This document shows positions 18,534 to 27,167 of a stretch of 32,000 bases of DNA, one piece after another. The notes beneath the pieces were generated by a model. It was not told where the DNA came from. It saw nothing but the letters and a program-made list of their open reading frames with translations, and ran no database searches. The stretch's first letter is position 1, and each line of letters starts with the position of its first letter. Source of the stretch: Alkanindiges illinoisensis DSM 15370 (lineage in GTDB: Bacteria; Pseudomonadota; Gammaproteobacteria; Pseudomonadales; Moraxellaceae). The translations under genes were made by a program, and so were the position numbers. The stretch lies in the NCBI RefSeq assembly GCF_000619845.1, contig NZ_KK211037.1:262979-294978 (forward strand), in the 5' to 3' direction.

Positions 18534-19850
18534 ATGTCTACTGCCCGTAGAATTCGCCAAGGCATGGTGACAGCTGCAACCGCTGCTTTTTTACTTTCAG
18601 GTTGCTCTCAGATCATCAAAGGCGGGGCCAATATTGCCCTTGGCTTTGCCGAAAGACATATTGTTCCACCGATTATTGCCATGGATGACGCCGATATGGC
18701 CTGCGCCAGCGGCAATGCCACCACACCGCTGATCATGTCAACCAAGGCCATGGGTGCTGATCCTGCCAAGATTGGGGTTTTACTCTATACTTCAGCCGGG
18801 GTATGTGCCGAAAACAATGCACTGAATGCTGAACTGCGCTACATGCGTGCTGCCAAGGCCAACCAGATTGAAGAAGCCAAGGATGCACGGATTGAACAGA
18901 AGCGTTGGGCTGAAACCGCAGCGCGTCGTCAATATGCCTCTTACTTGTTATTTGCCGAACACTACGAAGCCAAATATAAAATCAAGCTGGGCGATCAATG
19001 CCCCAGCATGAAAACCGATCTGGACAAAACCGTCTATCTGATGGGCATGGTCAGTGGCCTGCAGGCAGTGACCAATGACATCAATGCTGGTGGTGCGGTT
19101 AACGTACCCAAAGATATTGCCGCCATTGTTGAGCGTGGCATGAGCTGCATTAACAATGAACAGTTCTGGGGCGCCCCCAATGCCATCCGTGCAGCCATCT
19201 GGACCCTGTTACCGGGTGCTGGCGATGGCAAGCCTGATCCATGGCAAGTGATGAAAGAATCGTCTGCCATTGGTGAGCGTGGTGGCGTTCGCCTGCCACA
19301 TGCCCTGTATGTCATTGCAGCACAGGCAACCGGTGACAAGGACAAAATCCGTGACGCCCTGCGCACCTATGGTCGTTCTATTGAGGAAGGCAAACCCGTT
19401 AATGAAAACTATCGTCTGGTTGATGCGATTGCCCGTCAGATGATCCAGAATGCCTCTGACCGTTACTGGACTGAAAATACCGGCATGCGTACACCGGAAG
19501 ATGGCTATAACCATTTCTGGGATGAAAGTGCAGCCGATGATTCTGGTCTGTCACTGGATAACCTGCTGGATGATTCCGCAGATACCAGCAGCGCACCGGC
19601 TACTGATGGCGGTAGTACAGCCCCTGAAGCAAAACCTGCTGTAGAGGCAACACCTGCCAGTGATGATGCGCCAGTGGATACGGCACCTGCCGATACAACA
19701 GCGCCATCAGCCGATACCTCATCAACTGGCAGCACGACAGAAAGTACTGTGCCAGCTACTGATGACGGCATGCCAGCCAGTGATACAGTGCCTGACACCA
19801 GTAATAATGCTGACCTGGCGCCCGATGCTACTCAAGCACCAGCCAATTAA
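18534..19850 (+). CDS. Hypothetical lipoprotein with ~330-aa helical-looking domain and ~110-aa acidic Pro/Ala/Thr/Ser/Asp-rich C-terminal tail
   Basis: The signal peptide plus lipobox is MSTARRIRQGMVTAATAAFLLSG|CSQ (Ser at +2). There are four further Cys. The tail from about 19521 has one Lys, no Arg and many Asp. I recognise no family with confidence. Confidence 0.65.
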   Translation: MSTARRIRQGMVTAATAAFLLSGCSQIIKGGANIALGFAERHIVPPIIAMDDADMACASGNATTPLIMSTKAMGADPAKIGVLLYTSAGVCAENNALNAELRYMRAAKANQIEEAKDARIEQKRWAETAARRQYASYLLFAEHYEAKYKIKLGDQCPSMKTDLDKTVYLMGMVSGLQAVTNDINAGGAVNVPKDIAAIVERGMSCINNEQFWGAPNAIRAAIWTLLPGAGDGKPDPWQVMKESSAIGERGGVRLPHALYVIAAQATGDKDKIRDALRTYGRSIEEGKPVNENYRLVDAIARQMIQNASDRYWTENTGMRTPEDGYNHFWDESAADDSGLSLDNLLDDSADTSSAPATDGGSTAPEAKPAVEATPASDDAPVDTAPADTTAPSADTSSTGSTTESTVPATDDGMPASDTVPDTSNNADLAPDATQAPAN

Positions 19851-19861
19851 AATGCGATAAT

Positions 19862-19896
19862 AAAAACCGCCCGAGTTCAATCCGGGCGGTTTTTTT
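19862..19896 (+). terminator. Intrinsic terminator after the lipoprotein gene, abutting the next ORF
   Basis: AAAAACCGCCCG-agttcaatc-CGGGCGGTTTTTTT. The first ATG of the next ORF is at 19897. Confidence 0.8.
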
Positions 19897-19917
19897 ATGC
19901 CAGGAGCACTGATCTAT

Positions 19918-20508
19918 ATGTGGCCCAAACAAACGCTTTCGCTATTATCCATCATCTTGGGCGTTGGCTTGGCCTGTGGCTTGCTGCAACTGGACATGAA
20001 CACGTTTATTTATCAGCGTGACTTGATGACGAGTGAACCGTGGCGCTGGTGGACTGCGCACTGGGTGCATGTGGGCTGGCGACACTATGCACTGAACATG
20101 CTGGCATTTTTAAGCCTGCCGTTTATCTTTCCCCAGCTTCAGCGCCAGACATTGTTACTTGGCCTTCTGGTATTGCCGCCTCTTCTGAGTGCCGGGCTAT
20201 ATGGACTGCTACCAGCAGTACAAGCTTATGCCGGTTTGTCTGGCATTTTGCATGGCATCTTTGTGGTGGCTGCAATTGAAAGCCTGTTCATACAGCGCGA
20301 ACGCAAGTTTGCCATACTGGTATTGGTCTGCATTGCCTTGAAGATTAGTTTTGAAAAATGGATGGGCTATAGCGAAACTGCCCAGTTAATTCAGGCACCT
20401 GTGCTGATTGAGTCGCACCAGATTGGGGTATTAACAGGCATTATTTTTATTTTGCTTAAAACAGTGATTTGTTATTTAAAACATAAAAAGAGTTTAACCA
20501 AACTGTAG
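19918..20508 (+). CDS. Rhombosortase (rhomboid-family intramembrane serine protease, GlyGly-CTERM-processing type)
   Basis: A short (~200 aa) multi-TM protein with EPWRWWTAHWVHVGWRHYALNM, the catalytic-Ser motif YAGLSGILHG and a later His in IESHQIGVLTG. This pattern is typical of rhombosortases rather than GlpG. ATG 19918 is preferred (AGGAG at 19902-19906). ATG 19897 would sit directly against the terminator stem. Confidence 0.75.
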   Translation: MWPKQTLSLLSIILGVGLACGLLQLDMNTFIYQRDLMTSEPWRWWTAHWVHVGWRHYALNMLAFLSLPFIFPQLQRQTLLLGLLVLPPLLSAGLYGLLPAVQAYAGLSGILHGIFVVAAIESLFIQRERKFAILVLVCIALKISFEKWMGYSETAQLIQAPVLIESHQIGVLTGIIFILLKTVICYLKHKKSLTKL

Positions 20509-20641
20509 ATGGGCTTAATTTTCTGGCAAAAAAAGTGATGAATTTGGCTTTTTGTATCGAATTCCGATCAAATTGATCAAATTTAATTAAAAAAATGTTC
20601 GTAATGTCATAGTCGAGTGCGAGTTAAATGGTGCATGATAC

Positions 20642-20675
20642 TGACAAAATGCGTTTCAGAACGATTTTCTGTCAT
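20642..20675. promoter_or_regulatory. Imperfect inverted repeat upstream of the DctM-like gene (candidate operator or RNA hairpin)
   Basis: TGACAAAATGCGTT-tcag-AACGATTTTCTGTCA has about 13 pairs with small bulges and lies ~90 nt upstream of ATG 20761. A 9-bp direct repeat GATCAAATT x2 is nearby at 20566-20583. Confidence 0.25.
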
Positions 20676-20760
20676 ACAAAACGACAAAAAATGTATCGTG
20701 ATTTCGCCGTGAGGGTGAGAGGACTAACTCTCGTAAGATTTATCGTACAATAAGGGCAGA

Positions 20761-22986
20761 ATGCCTATGCAATCCAATCCTACGCCAGGAGCCAAATCTG
20801 GCTTTTTAAACCGTACATGGTCGGAATGGTTTTCAACCCTTCCGATTTTTCTCATATTGGTATTAACACTCATTATTGGCACTGGCGAGATGATTCATGG
20901 CCAGCTCCTGCGTGTGGGTGAGCATTTATATGGGGATCCTGCCACTGGAGTTCAGTACTCATTCTTACGTGCAGATCCTGTAGCACCAAAATGTGAACGT
21001 CATCCTGACATTGAAGCACAGGTTCAACAGCAGATGGCTGGTGGCGGTGCGGCCAGTGATGATGAGTTTGCCGACCTGTTTGGGCCACAAGACCCAGCGC
21101 AGGTACGCCAGTCATTACTGGCAGCGCAACAGGTCTGTGAAGAAAAATATCAGTTTTATGAAAATACCCAGAAGTACATTGATGCCCATCCTGGCGTAAA
21201 AGTATTCCGTGCCATTGAAACCGGTTTTTTTGCCATTTTCCATTTTGGTACTGAAAACCGCAATTTGTTCCTGGTCATTATGGTGGTGATTGCAGCGCTT
21301 ACTGCGACCCTGAACAAGCATCATATTGGTTTGCGTCCTGCCGTAACCCGGATGGACTATCTGGTGCATGATGCAGCAATGCTGTTGGCCAACGGTTTTC
21401 TGTCATATTCTGTGATTAGCTACATCAAGTCTCTGGCTAATTCCGGGGTTGCGGTTGATCCCAATGCACTAATCATTAATTACCTGTGGGCCACATTATT
21501 TGTTGCAACCACCTTGATCAGTCTGTTCCGCCTGATTAAGCCACAAGTACCCAAGCAGGAAGGTGGCAGTTTTGGTCTGGCCCTGATGGCTGTACCGTTA
21601 TATGCCTGGATGGCAATCATTACTGGCATTGCCTTTATTTTCTTTATGGATTATTCGGTTGGGCAGGCCATTTACTTAGGCTTCTTAACCGATTACGTGG
21701 CAATTTTCCTGGCACTGGGTTTATTCATCTGGGTGGGTATGCTGTTAACCCAGACCCGGGTAATGGACCTGTTCCTGAATATTTTACGTCCATGGAATTT
21801 CTCACCTGAAACCTTAACCTGGCTTATCCTGATTGGGGCTTCTATCCCTACCGCTTATACCGGTGCATCAGGTATTTTCGTGGTGGCGGCCGGTGCGCTG
21901 ATCTATAAGGAAGTCTGGAACTCGGGCGCGCGTCGCCAGTATGCGCTGGCCGTTTCTGCCATGTCCGGTACGCTGGGTATGGTGATCCGTCCGTGTTTGC
22001 TGGTGGTATTAATTGCCATGCTGGACAGTAAGCATGTGACGTCGGATGAACTGTTTGATCATGGCATTTACGTGTTCTGGTTTATTTCACTGTTCTTCCT
22101 GACTGTTTCACTGTTTTTTGCCGAGTCAAAATTCCGCATCAATTCCCCAACAGTTGCGATTCCAGGCATGGTTCGCGCGCTTGGTCCTGTAATTCCTTAT
22201 GTCATCATTACTGCGGCTGTGGTGCTGTTCTATCGGTATGTACTCAATACTGAGATGAATGAATTTACCGCGCCAATGATTCTGCCGCTGATTTTGCTGG
22301 CCATCGTTCTGTTTGATAAAATTCGCCGTGAGCCAAGCTCGGCTGCCATGGCTTATGGTCAAACCGCTGATGACCATGAAAAAATGGTACAGGAACATGC
22401 TGCAAGCTCACCTTATTTACGTACGCATGATGCTCATGGTAAGGAACGCCGTACTGGTTTTGAAGCTGCCATTCGTTTTGCAACTTCAGAAACGGTAGGT
22501 CATATTGGCGCCTTGATTATTCTGATGGCGCTGTCTGCCAGTGTGGGTGGTCTGGTTGAAAAAACCGAAATTGTTCATCTGCTGCCAACTCATCTGAATA
22601 ACGTTTACATCTCCTTGCTGTTTATTGCTCTGTTGCTGGCGGGTATTGGTATGACGACCGATCCGTTTGGTGCAGTTATTCTGGTGGCAGCGTCCATTGC
22701 ACCAGTGGCATATGCTAATGGTATTAACCCAATTCACTTCTGGATGATCTGTCTGGTGGCGTTTGAGCTGGGTTATGTCACACCACCCGTGGCGCTTAAC
22801 CACTTGCTTACGCGGCTCTCGGTGGGGGATGAGGAGGTCATGGCGGCTGATGCAGAAGCCAAGGCCAAGTACACGAAGTTCTACTATCGTTATGAACGCT
22901 GGCTGCTGCCGATTATGGTGCTGTTCCCAGCCCTGATGGTCGTGACCTTCGCGCCTTATATCTTCAAGATGTTTGGCTGGTATTAA
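20761..22986 (+). CDS. Large DctM-like (TRAP-type) permease, probably a fused small+large membrane component, with extra hydrophilic inserts
   Basis: 741 aa with about 16 hydrophobic segments by eye. DctM-type motifs are TGASGIFVVAAGALIY..AVSAMSGTLGMVIRP, and TDPFGAVILVAASIAPVAYANGINPIHFWMICLVAFELGYVTPPVALN (compare the canonical ..G(I/V)DP(I/V)HFG....E.G..TPPVG.N). No adjacent solute-binding protein gene. Confidence 0.7.
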   Translation: MPMQSNPTPGAKSGFLNRTWSEWFSTLPIFLILVLTLIIGTGEMIHGQLLRVGEHLYGDPATGVQYSFLRADPVAPKCERHPDIEAQVQQQMAGGGAASDDEFADLFGPQDPAQVRQSLLAAQQVCEEKYQFYENTQKYIDAHPGVKVFRAIETGFFAIFHFGTENRNLFLVIMVVIAALTATLNKHHIGLRPAVTRMDYLVHDAAMLLANGFLSYSVISYIKSLANSGVAVDPNALIINYLWATLFVATTLISLFRLIKPQVPKQEGGSFGLALMAVPLYAWMAIITGIAFIFFMDYSVGQAIYLGFLTDYVAIFLALGLFIWVGMLLTQTRVMDLFLNILRPWNFSPETLTWLILIGASIPTAYTGASGIFVVAAGALIYKEVWNSGARRQYALAVSAMSGTLGMVIRPCLLVVLIAMLDSKHVTSDELFDHGIYVFWFISLFFLTVSLFFAESKFRINSPTVAIPGMVRALGPVIPYVIITAAVVLFYRYVLNTEMNEFTAPMILPLILLAIVLFDKIRREPSSAAMAYGQTADDHEKMVQEHAASSPYLRTHDAHGKERRTGFEAAIRFATSETVGHIGALIILMALSASVGGLVEKTEIVHLLPTHLNNVYISLLFIALLLAGIGMTTDPFGAVILVAASIAPVAYANGINPIHFWMICLVAFELGYVTPPVALNHLLTRLSVGDEEVMAADAEAKAKYTKFYYRYERWLLPIMVLFPALMVVTFAPYIFKMFGWY

Positions 22987-23010
22987 TCCATCATCTGTGT
23001 GATCAGCTAA

Positions 23011-23041
23011 AAAAACGGCATCTTAAAGATGCCGTTTTTTA
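23011..23041. terminator. Bidirectional intrinsic terminator between convergent DctM-like and EamA genes
   Basis: AAAAAACGGCATCT-taa-AGATGCCGTTTTTT. Confidence 0.85.
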
Positions 23042-23129
23042 TGGCCTGATTTTATAGTATGGTTTTATGGTGTAGCTTTGATGCCAGGACAGGTTAGCGG
23101 TCAAGTTTTTAGACTTAACATTTTTAGCT

Positions 23130-23978
23130 TTAGGGCAAGCGAATCAACCGGGAAAAACGTGGCATACATAAAATCAGCGCCAGTAAAATAATGCTCATGC
23201 CAATAATACTTAAGGAATCCGGGTATTCCTGCCATAACACAGCAGCCCAAATGCCTGCAAAAATAATCGCAAGATAATTGGCTGGTCCAATTTGGCCGGC
23301 AGGTGCACAACTGTAGGCTTTGGACAGGCAAATCTGGCTAAGCGTGGCTAGTACACCAGCGCCACATAGCAACAGCATTTCATGCACGCTATACGTGCGC
23401 CATAGCCAGAACATTGGAATCGCAGACAGCAGCGTCCCAAACAGGCAGAAATAAAACACAATCCGGGTGGCAGGTTCAGTGTCAGTCAGCGCGCGTACTG
23501 TCACAAAGGCCATGGCAGCCAGAAAACTGGACACCAGTCCAATGCCAGATAAGACATTAAACATGCCAGTATCAGGTTTGGCCACCAGCACAACGCCCAC
23601 TAATCCCAAACTGGCTGCTATGGCCATCATGGTTGTAATTTTTTCCTTTAAGAACAACCAGGCTACCAGTGGAATAAACACAGGGGATGAATAAGTAAAT
23701 ACCATGGCATTACTCAGCTTTAAATGAGCAATGGCATAGAAAAAGCCATACATGGCAATTAAGCCAACAACGGCACGCCAGGCATGCATCCACAAGCGCT
23801 CTGTTTTTAAGGAGTATTGACTGCGGGTTAACAGGAAGGGCGTAAGAACTAAAAGCCCGGTTGCATTGCGAAAAAACACAATGGTTGGGTTGTCAACAGT
23901 GTGCGAGGCGAGACGAATGAGTACACCCATGCTGGCAAACAAAAAGGCAGAGACTGATAGCAGTAACAAGCCTGTCAT
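23130..23978 (-). CDS. EamA/DMT-superfamily transporter
   Basis: About 10 TM helices in two EamA-like halves (..FLFASMGVLIRLAS.., ..AMAFVTVRALT..). I prefer ATG 23978 (MTGLLLLSVSAF). The ORF-track start at 24068 is a TTG adding 30 atypical residues. Neither has a clear SD. Confidence 0.75.
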   Translation of the reverse strand: MTGLLLLSVSAFLFASMGVLIRLASHTVDNPTIVFFRNATGLLVLTPFLLTRSQYSLKTERLWMHAWRAVVGLIAMYGFFYAIAHLKLSNAMVFTYSSPVFIPLVAWLFLKEKITTMMAIAASLGLVGVVLVAKPDTGMFNVLSGIGLVSSFLAAMAFVTVRALTDTEPATRIVFYFCLFGTLLSAIPMFWLWRTYSVHEMLLLCGAGVLATLSQICLSKAYSCAPAGQIGPANYLAIIFAGIWAAVLWQEYPDSLSIIGMSIILLALILCMPRFSRLIRLP

Positions 23979-24111
23979 CACTGAACGTGACAAGGCGGGA
24001 GAAATAGAAACGGGAGAGGAAGTCAAAACCAATGCCTGTAGCCTGTATGCGCAGCAGTATAAGAGCAAAGCATCTGTGGTTTAAGACTACAAGGCTATTA
24101 AAACAGAAAAT

Positions 24112-24172
24112 CGGCAAAATAAAAATCCTGCCTGATATCAAGCCTTGGAATGCAAGGCTTGGTCAGGCAGGA
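24112..24172 (-). terminator. Strong intrinsic terminator after the 157-aa gene
   Basis: Nested stems TCCTGCCTGA..AAGCCTTG-gaatg-CAAGGCTT..TCAGGCAGGA, followed on the minus strand by TTTTTATTTT. Confidence 0.8.
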
Positions 24173-24210
24173 ATCAGAAATGCGTTAAAGGAAAATCATA
24201 AAACACGCAA

Positions 24211-24684
24211 TTAAGCGTTGGATTTATCCAGTTGAGCCTGTAGGTCAGCCAGATATTTCTCTTTTAGTTCAACCAGCTTGTCAGAATCTTTAAGCTGTTG
24301 TTCCTGTAACGCCTTACGCTCAGTTAACTGGGCTTGCTGATCCTGTAAACGGCTAATTTCTTCACGTGCTACAGTAGCATCCTGTGGTACAGGCGCAGTT
24401 AGCAGATTGGTGTCAATGATAGAGTTGCCAGCAGGTTGCTGATTCTGGCTGGTTTCATTAGTAGAGGGCGCCAGCGGTGCTTCATTATTACGGTCAATAT
24501 CAGTCGTACTTTTTTGGGTATCCTGATTAATGGAAGAACCAGGCTGTGGGTCTTTCTGGTCTCTGTCCAGACTTTTACCATTAATCGCGTAAGAGGCAAT
24601 GTAATACAAAATAAACAGTAAAATGACAACGCCCAGCATAATCATCCAACGCTTACTTTTTGGTGTTTGTTCTGGATCTTGCAT
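24211..24684 (-). CDS. Hypothetical single-pass membrane protein with Gln/Asn/Thr-rich linker and C-terminal coiled coil
   Basis: TM anchor WMIMLGVVILLFILYYIASYAI, a low-complexity linker, then heptad-like REEISRLQDQQAQLTERKALQEQQLKDSDKLVELKEKYLADLQAQL. No family recognised. Confidence 0.55.
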   Translation of the reverse strand: MQDPEQTPKSKRWMIMLGVVILLFILYYIASYAINGKSLDRDQKDPQPGSSINQDTQKSTTDIDRNNEAPLAPSTNETSQNQQPAGNSIIDTNLLTAPVPQDATVAREEISRLQDQQAQLTERKALQEQQLKDSDKLVELKEKYLADLQAQLDKSNA

Positions 24685-24738
24685 GTGTGTTCTCCAATGT
24701 TCTGTTCTCTAATCACTTGAATCTTTAATGATTTGAGT

Positions 24739-24963
24739 CTAGCGAAGCGGTTTGAACTGCACTACACCCACTTCATCAGCTTTTGATGGTGAATTTGTAA
24801 CTGTGTTTTCCAGTTGGTCAATACTGGTGGGACGACGCTCGCTGGCACCACATTCTACACATTCAATCCATTCATCATCAGGCGTGGTCATCAGCACCAC
24901 ACGATCCAGAGCATTGCATTTTGTACATTTTGCACCAGCGATAAAACGTTTTTTGGGTGTCAT
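24739..24963 (-). CDS. YheV-like small zinc-ribbon protein
   Basis: 74 aa starting MTPKKRFIAGAKCTKCNALDRVV....WIECVECG (two CxxC pairs). The start is set at ATG 24963, because the longer ORF-track form (to 25086) would overlap the 3' end of prlC. Confidence 0.7.
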   Translation of the reverse strand: MTPKKRFIAGAKCTKCNALDRVVLMTTPDDEWIECVECGASERRPTSIDQLENTVTNSPSKADEVGVVQFKPLR

Positions 24964-24985
24964 GCAGGTTCTCAATAAAAAAAGC

Positions 24986-27073
24986 TTATCCAGCGGTAGA
25001 AACAGAATCGGATGCAGGGCTACCATCAGACCCATTGCTCCAGCCATTATGCCGCAATAAGGCATCCAGTTGGGGTTCACGGCCACGAAAGTTTTTAAAC
25101 GCCGTCAGTGCATCCACGCTGCCTCCCACTGCCAGGATAGCATTACGGAAGGCTTTGCCTGTTTCCGCATTAAACAGTCCTTCCTTTTCAAAGCGGTCAA
25201 AGGCATCACTGGCCAGCACTTCAGCCCATTTATAAGAGTAATAGCCTGCGGCATAGCCACCTGCAAAAATATGGCTAAAGCTGTGCTGGAAGCGGTTATA
25301 AGGTACAGTTGGCAAAACGGCCACCTGCTGGCGCACTTCATCCAGAATATGCTGAATCTGCACGGTATCCGGTGCAGGCACTGTGCTGTGAATGTTCAAA
25401 TCAAACAGGGCAAATTCCACTTGCCGCAAGGTTTGCATACCAGTTTGGAAATAGCGTGCAGCCAGCAAGGCATTCAGTAGCTCGCTGGGCAGGGTTTCAT
25501 CACGTTCAAAATGACGGCTAATCAGGCTTAAGGCTTCTTCATCCCATGTCCAGAATTCCATAAACTGGCTGGGCAGCTCTACTGCATCCCATGCCACCCC
25601 ATGCGTACCTGCCACATGAATCACATCAGCCTCAGTCAGCAAGTGGTGCATGCCATGACCAAACTCATGAAACAGGGTGACCAGTTCATCGTGGGTAAGC
25701 AGGGCAGGTTTGTTGCCCACTGGCGGGGTAAAATTTCCCACCATAAAGGCAATGGGAAGCTGAATGGCATTACGGATCTTCATGCGTGAACGGAAACCAC
25801 TCATCCAGGCACCGCCGCGTTTGCCACTGCGAGCAAACAGGTCAAAGTAAAACCCGGCAATTACTTGACCATGTTCACTCACTTCATAGTAATGCACATT
25901 GGAGTGCCATACAGGCGCCCGCTTTTCCTCAATCTGAATACCGTACAGGCGCTCAACAATTTTAAACAGCCCGGCAATGACCACAGGTGCGGGAAAGTAA
26001 GGCTTAAGTTCTTCCTGTGACAGCTTATATTCACGCAGCTTGATTTTTTCAGCCAGATACGCCGTATCCCACGGTGCAACCTGATCAATACCATGTGCAC
26101 TGGCTTCCTGCTGAAGTTGCGCAAGCTCGGTTTGTGCGGGTACACGGGCTTTATCAGCCAGATCCAGCAAGAACTGTTTCACTTCATCCACGGATGGTGC
26201 CATTTTGCTGGCCAGTGAATATTCAGCATAGTCCTTAAAACCCAGTAGTGCTGCCATTTCCTGCCGCAATTGCAAGATTTCCTGCATCAGTTCGCTATTA
26301 TCAAACTGGGAATCACCCAGCTCTGAAGCACGGGTTACATAGGCGCGATAAACGGTTTCACGCAGATCGCGGTCTTCGGCGTAGGTCATAATGGCGAGAT
26401 ATACTGGAAAATCCAGCGTGGCCAGCGCGCCGGTTTGTTCACGCTGTTCTGCCAGTTGTTTGAGTAAACCAATGCTGCTTTCGGGCAGGCCTTGTAATTG
26501 TGCATCACTAAGCGGCATGCTCCAGGCCTGCGTGGCATCCAGCACATGATTGGAAAAGGTAGAAGACAGGTCAGACAACCGCGCTGAAATTTTGCCATAA
26601 CGGGCTTTGGCTTCGCCTTCCAGTGCAACACCAGTGAGCTTGAAATCACGGAGGGCCAGGTTAATGGCGGATTGCTGTGCTGGATTTAAACTAGAAAAAG
26701 CAGGCGAGGCCTGTACCATTTGATAGGCCTGATATAAGCCCTGATGCTGGCCAAGCTGAGTGTAATAGTCACTGAGGACAGGCAAAATATCCTGATAAAC
26801 CTGCCGAATCTCAGCATTATTTTTAACTGCATTTAAATGCGACAACACGCCCCAATGCTGCTGAAGCGCATTCTCAGCATGATCCAGCTCAAAAATCAGT
26901 TCAAGCGCGTATTGGGCGTCTTGGAGCTGTTCCGGAAATTGCTCAATTTGTTGTTGCGCTTGTTGTAGCGCACTTTCAACATTTTGTTTTAGTTCATCCA
27001 CTCCGAGCTGGCTAAAGTCCGGTAAGTCAATGCTGGCCAAAGGCAGGCTGGAAACGGCAGTATTCATCATCAA
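24986..27073 (-). CDS. prlC: Oligopeptidase A (M3-family zinc metallopeptidase)
   Basis: 695 aa. Zinc site LFHEFGHGMHHLLT and a downstream E in VELPSQFME. Length and layout are typical of PrlC/Dcp-type M3 peptidases. Confidence 0.92.
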   Translation of the reverse strand: MMMNTAVSSLPLASIDLPDFSQLGVDELKQNVESALQQAQQQIEQFPEQLQDAQYALELIFELDHAENALQQHWGVLSHLNAVKNNAEIRQVYQDILPVLSDYYTQLGQHQGLYQAYQMVQASPAFSSLNPAQQSAINLALRDFKLTGVALEGEAKARYGKISARLSDLSSTFSNHVLDATQAWSMPLSDAQLQGLPESSIGLLKQLAEQREQTGALATLDFPVYLAIMTYAEDRDLRETVYRAYVTRASELGDSQFDNSELMQEILQLRQEMAALLGFKDYAEYSLASKMAPSVDEVKQFLLDLADKARVPAQTELAQLQQEASAHGIDQVAPWDTAYLAEKIKLREYKLSQEELKPYFPAPVVIAGLFKIVERLYGIQIEEKRAPVWHSNVHYYEVSEHGQVIAGFYFDLFARSGKRGGAWMSGFRSRMKIRNAIQLPIAFMVGNFTPPVGNKPALLTHDELVTLFHEFGHGMHHLLTEADVIHVAGTHGVAWDAVELPSQFMEFWTWDEEALSLISRHFERDETLPSELLNALLAARYFQTGMQTLRQVEFALFDLNIHSTVPAPDTVQIQHILDEVRQQVAVLPTVPYNRFQHSFSHIFAGGYAAGYYSYKWAEVLASDAFDRFEKEGLFNAETGKAFRNAILAVGGSVDALTAFKNFRGREPQLDALLRHNGWSNGSDGSPASDSVSTAG

Positions 27074-27167
27074 TCATCTTGTTATCCAAAAACATAGACT
27101 AGATGTAAGGGCAATTCCTGATTTATGCAAGCCACAATTGTTAATACCTGATTTTTGACGCTAGTTA

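Noticed and set aside
24964-25086. Long (115-aa) form of the YheV-like ORF
   Set aside because: The extra 41 N-terminal residues overlap the 3' end of prlC and look like an out-of-frame translation. The conserved zinc-ribbon protein begins at MTPKKRF.
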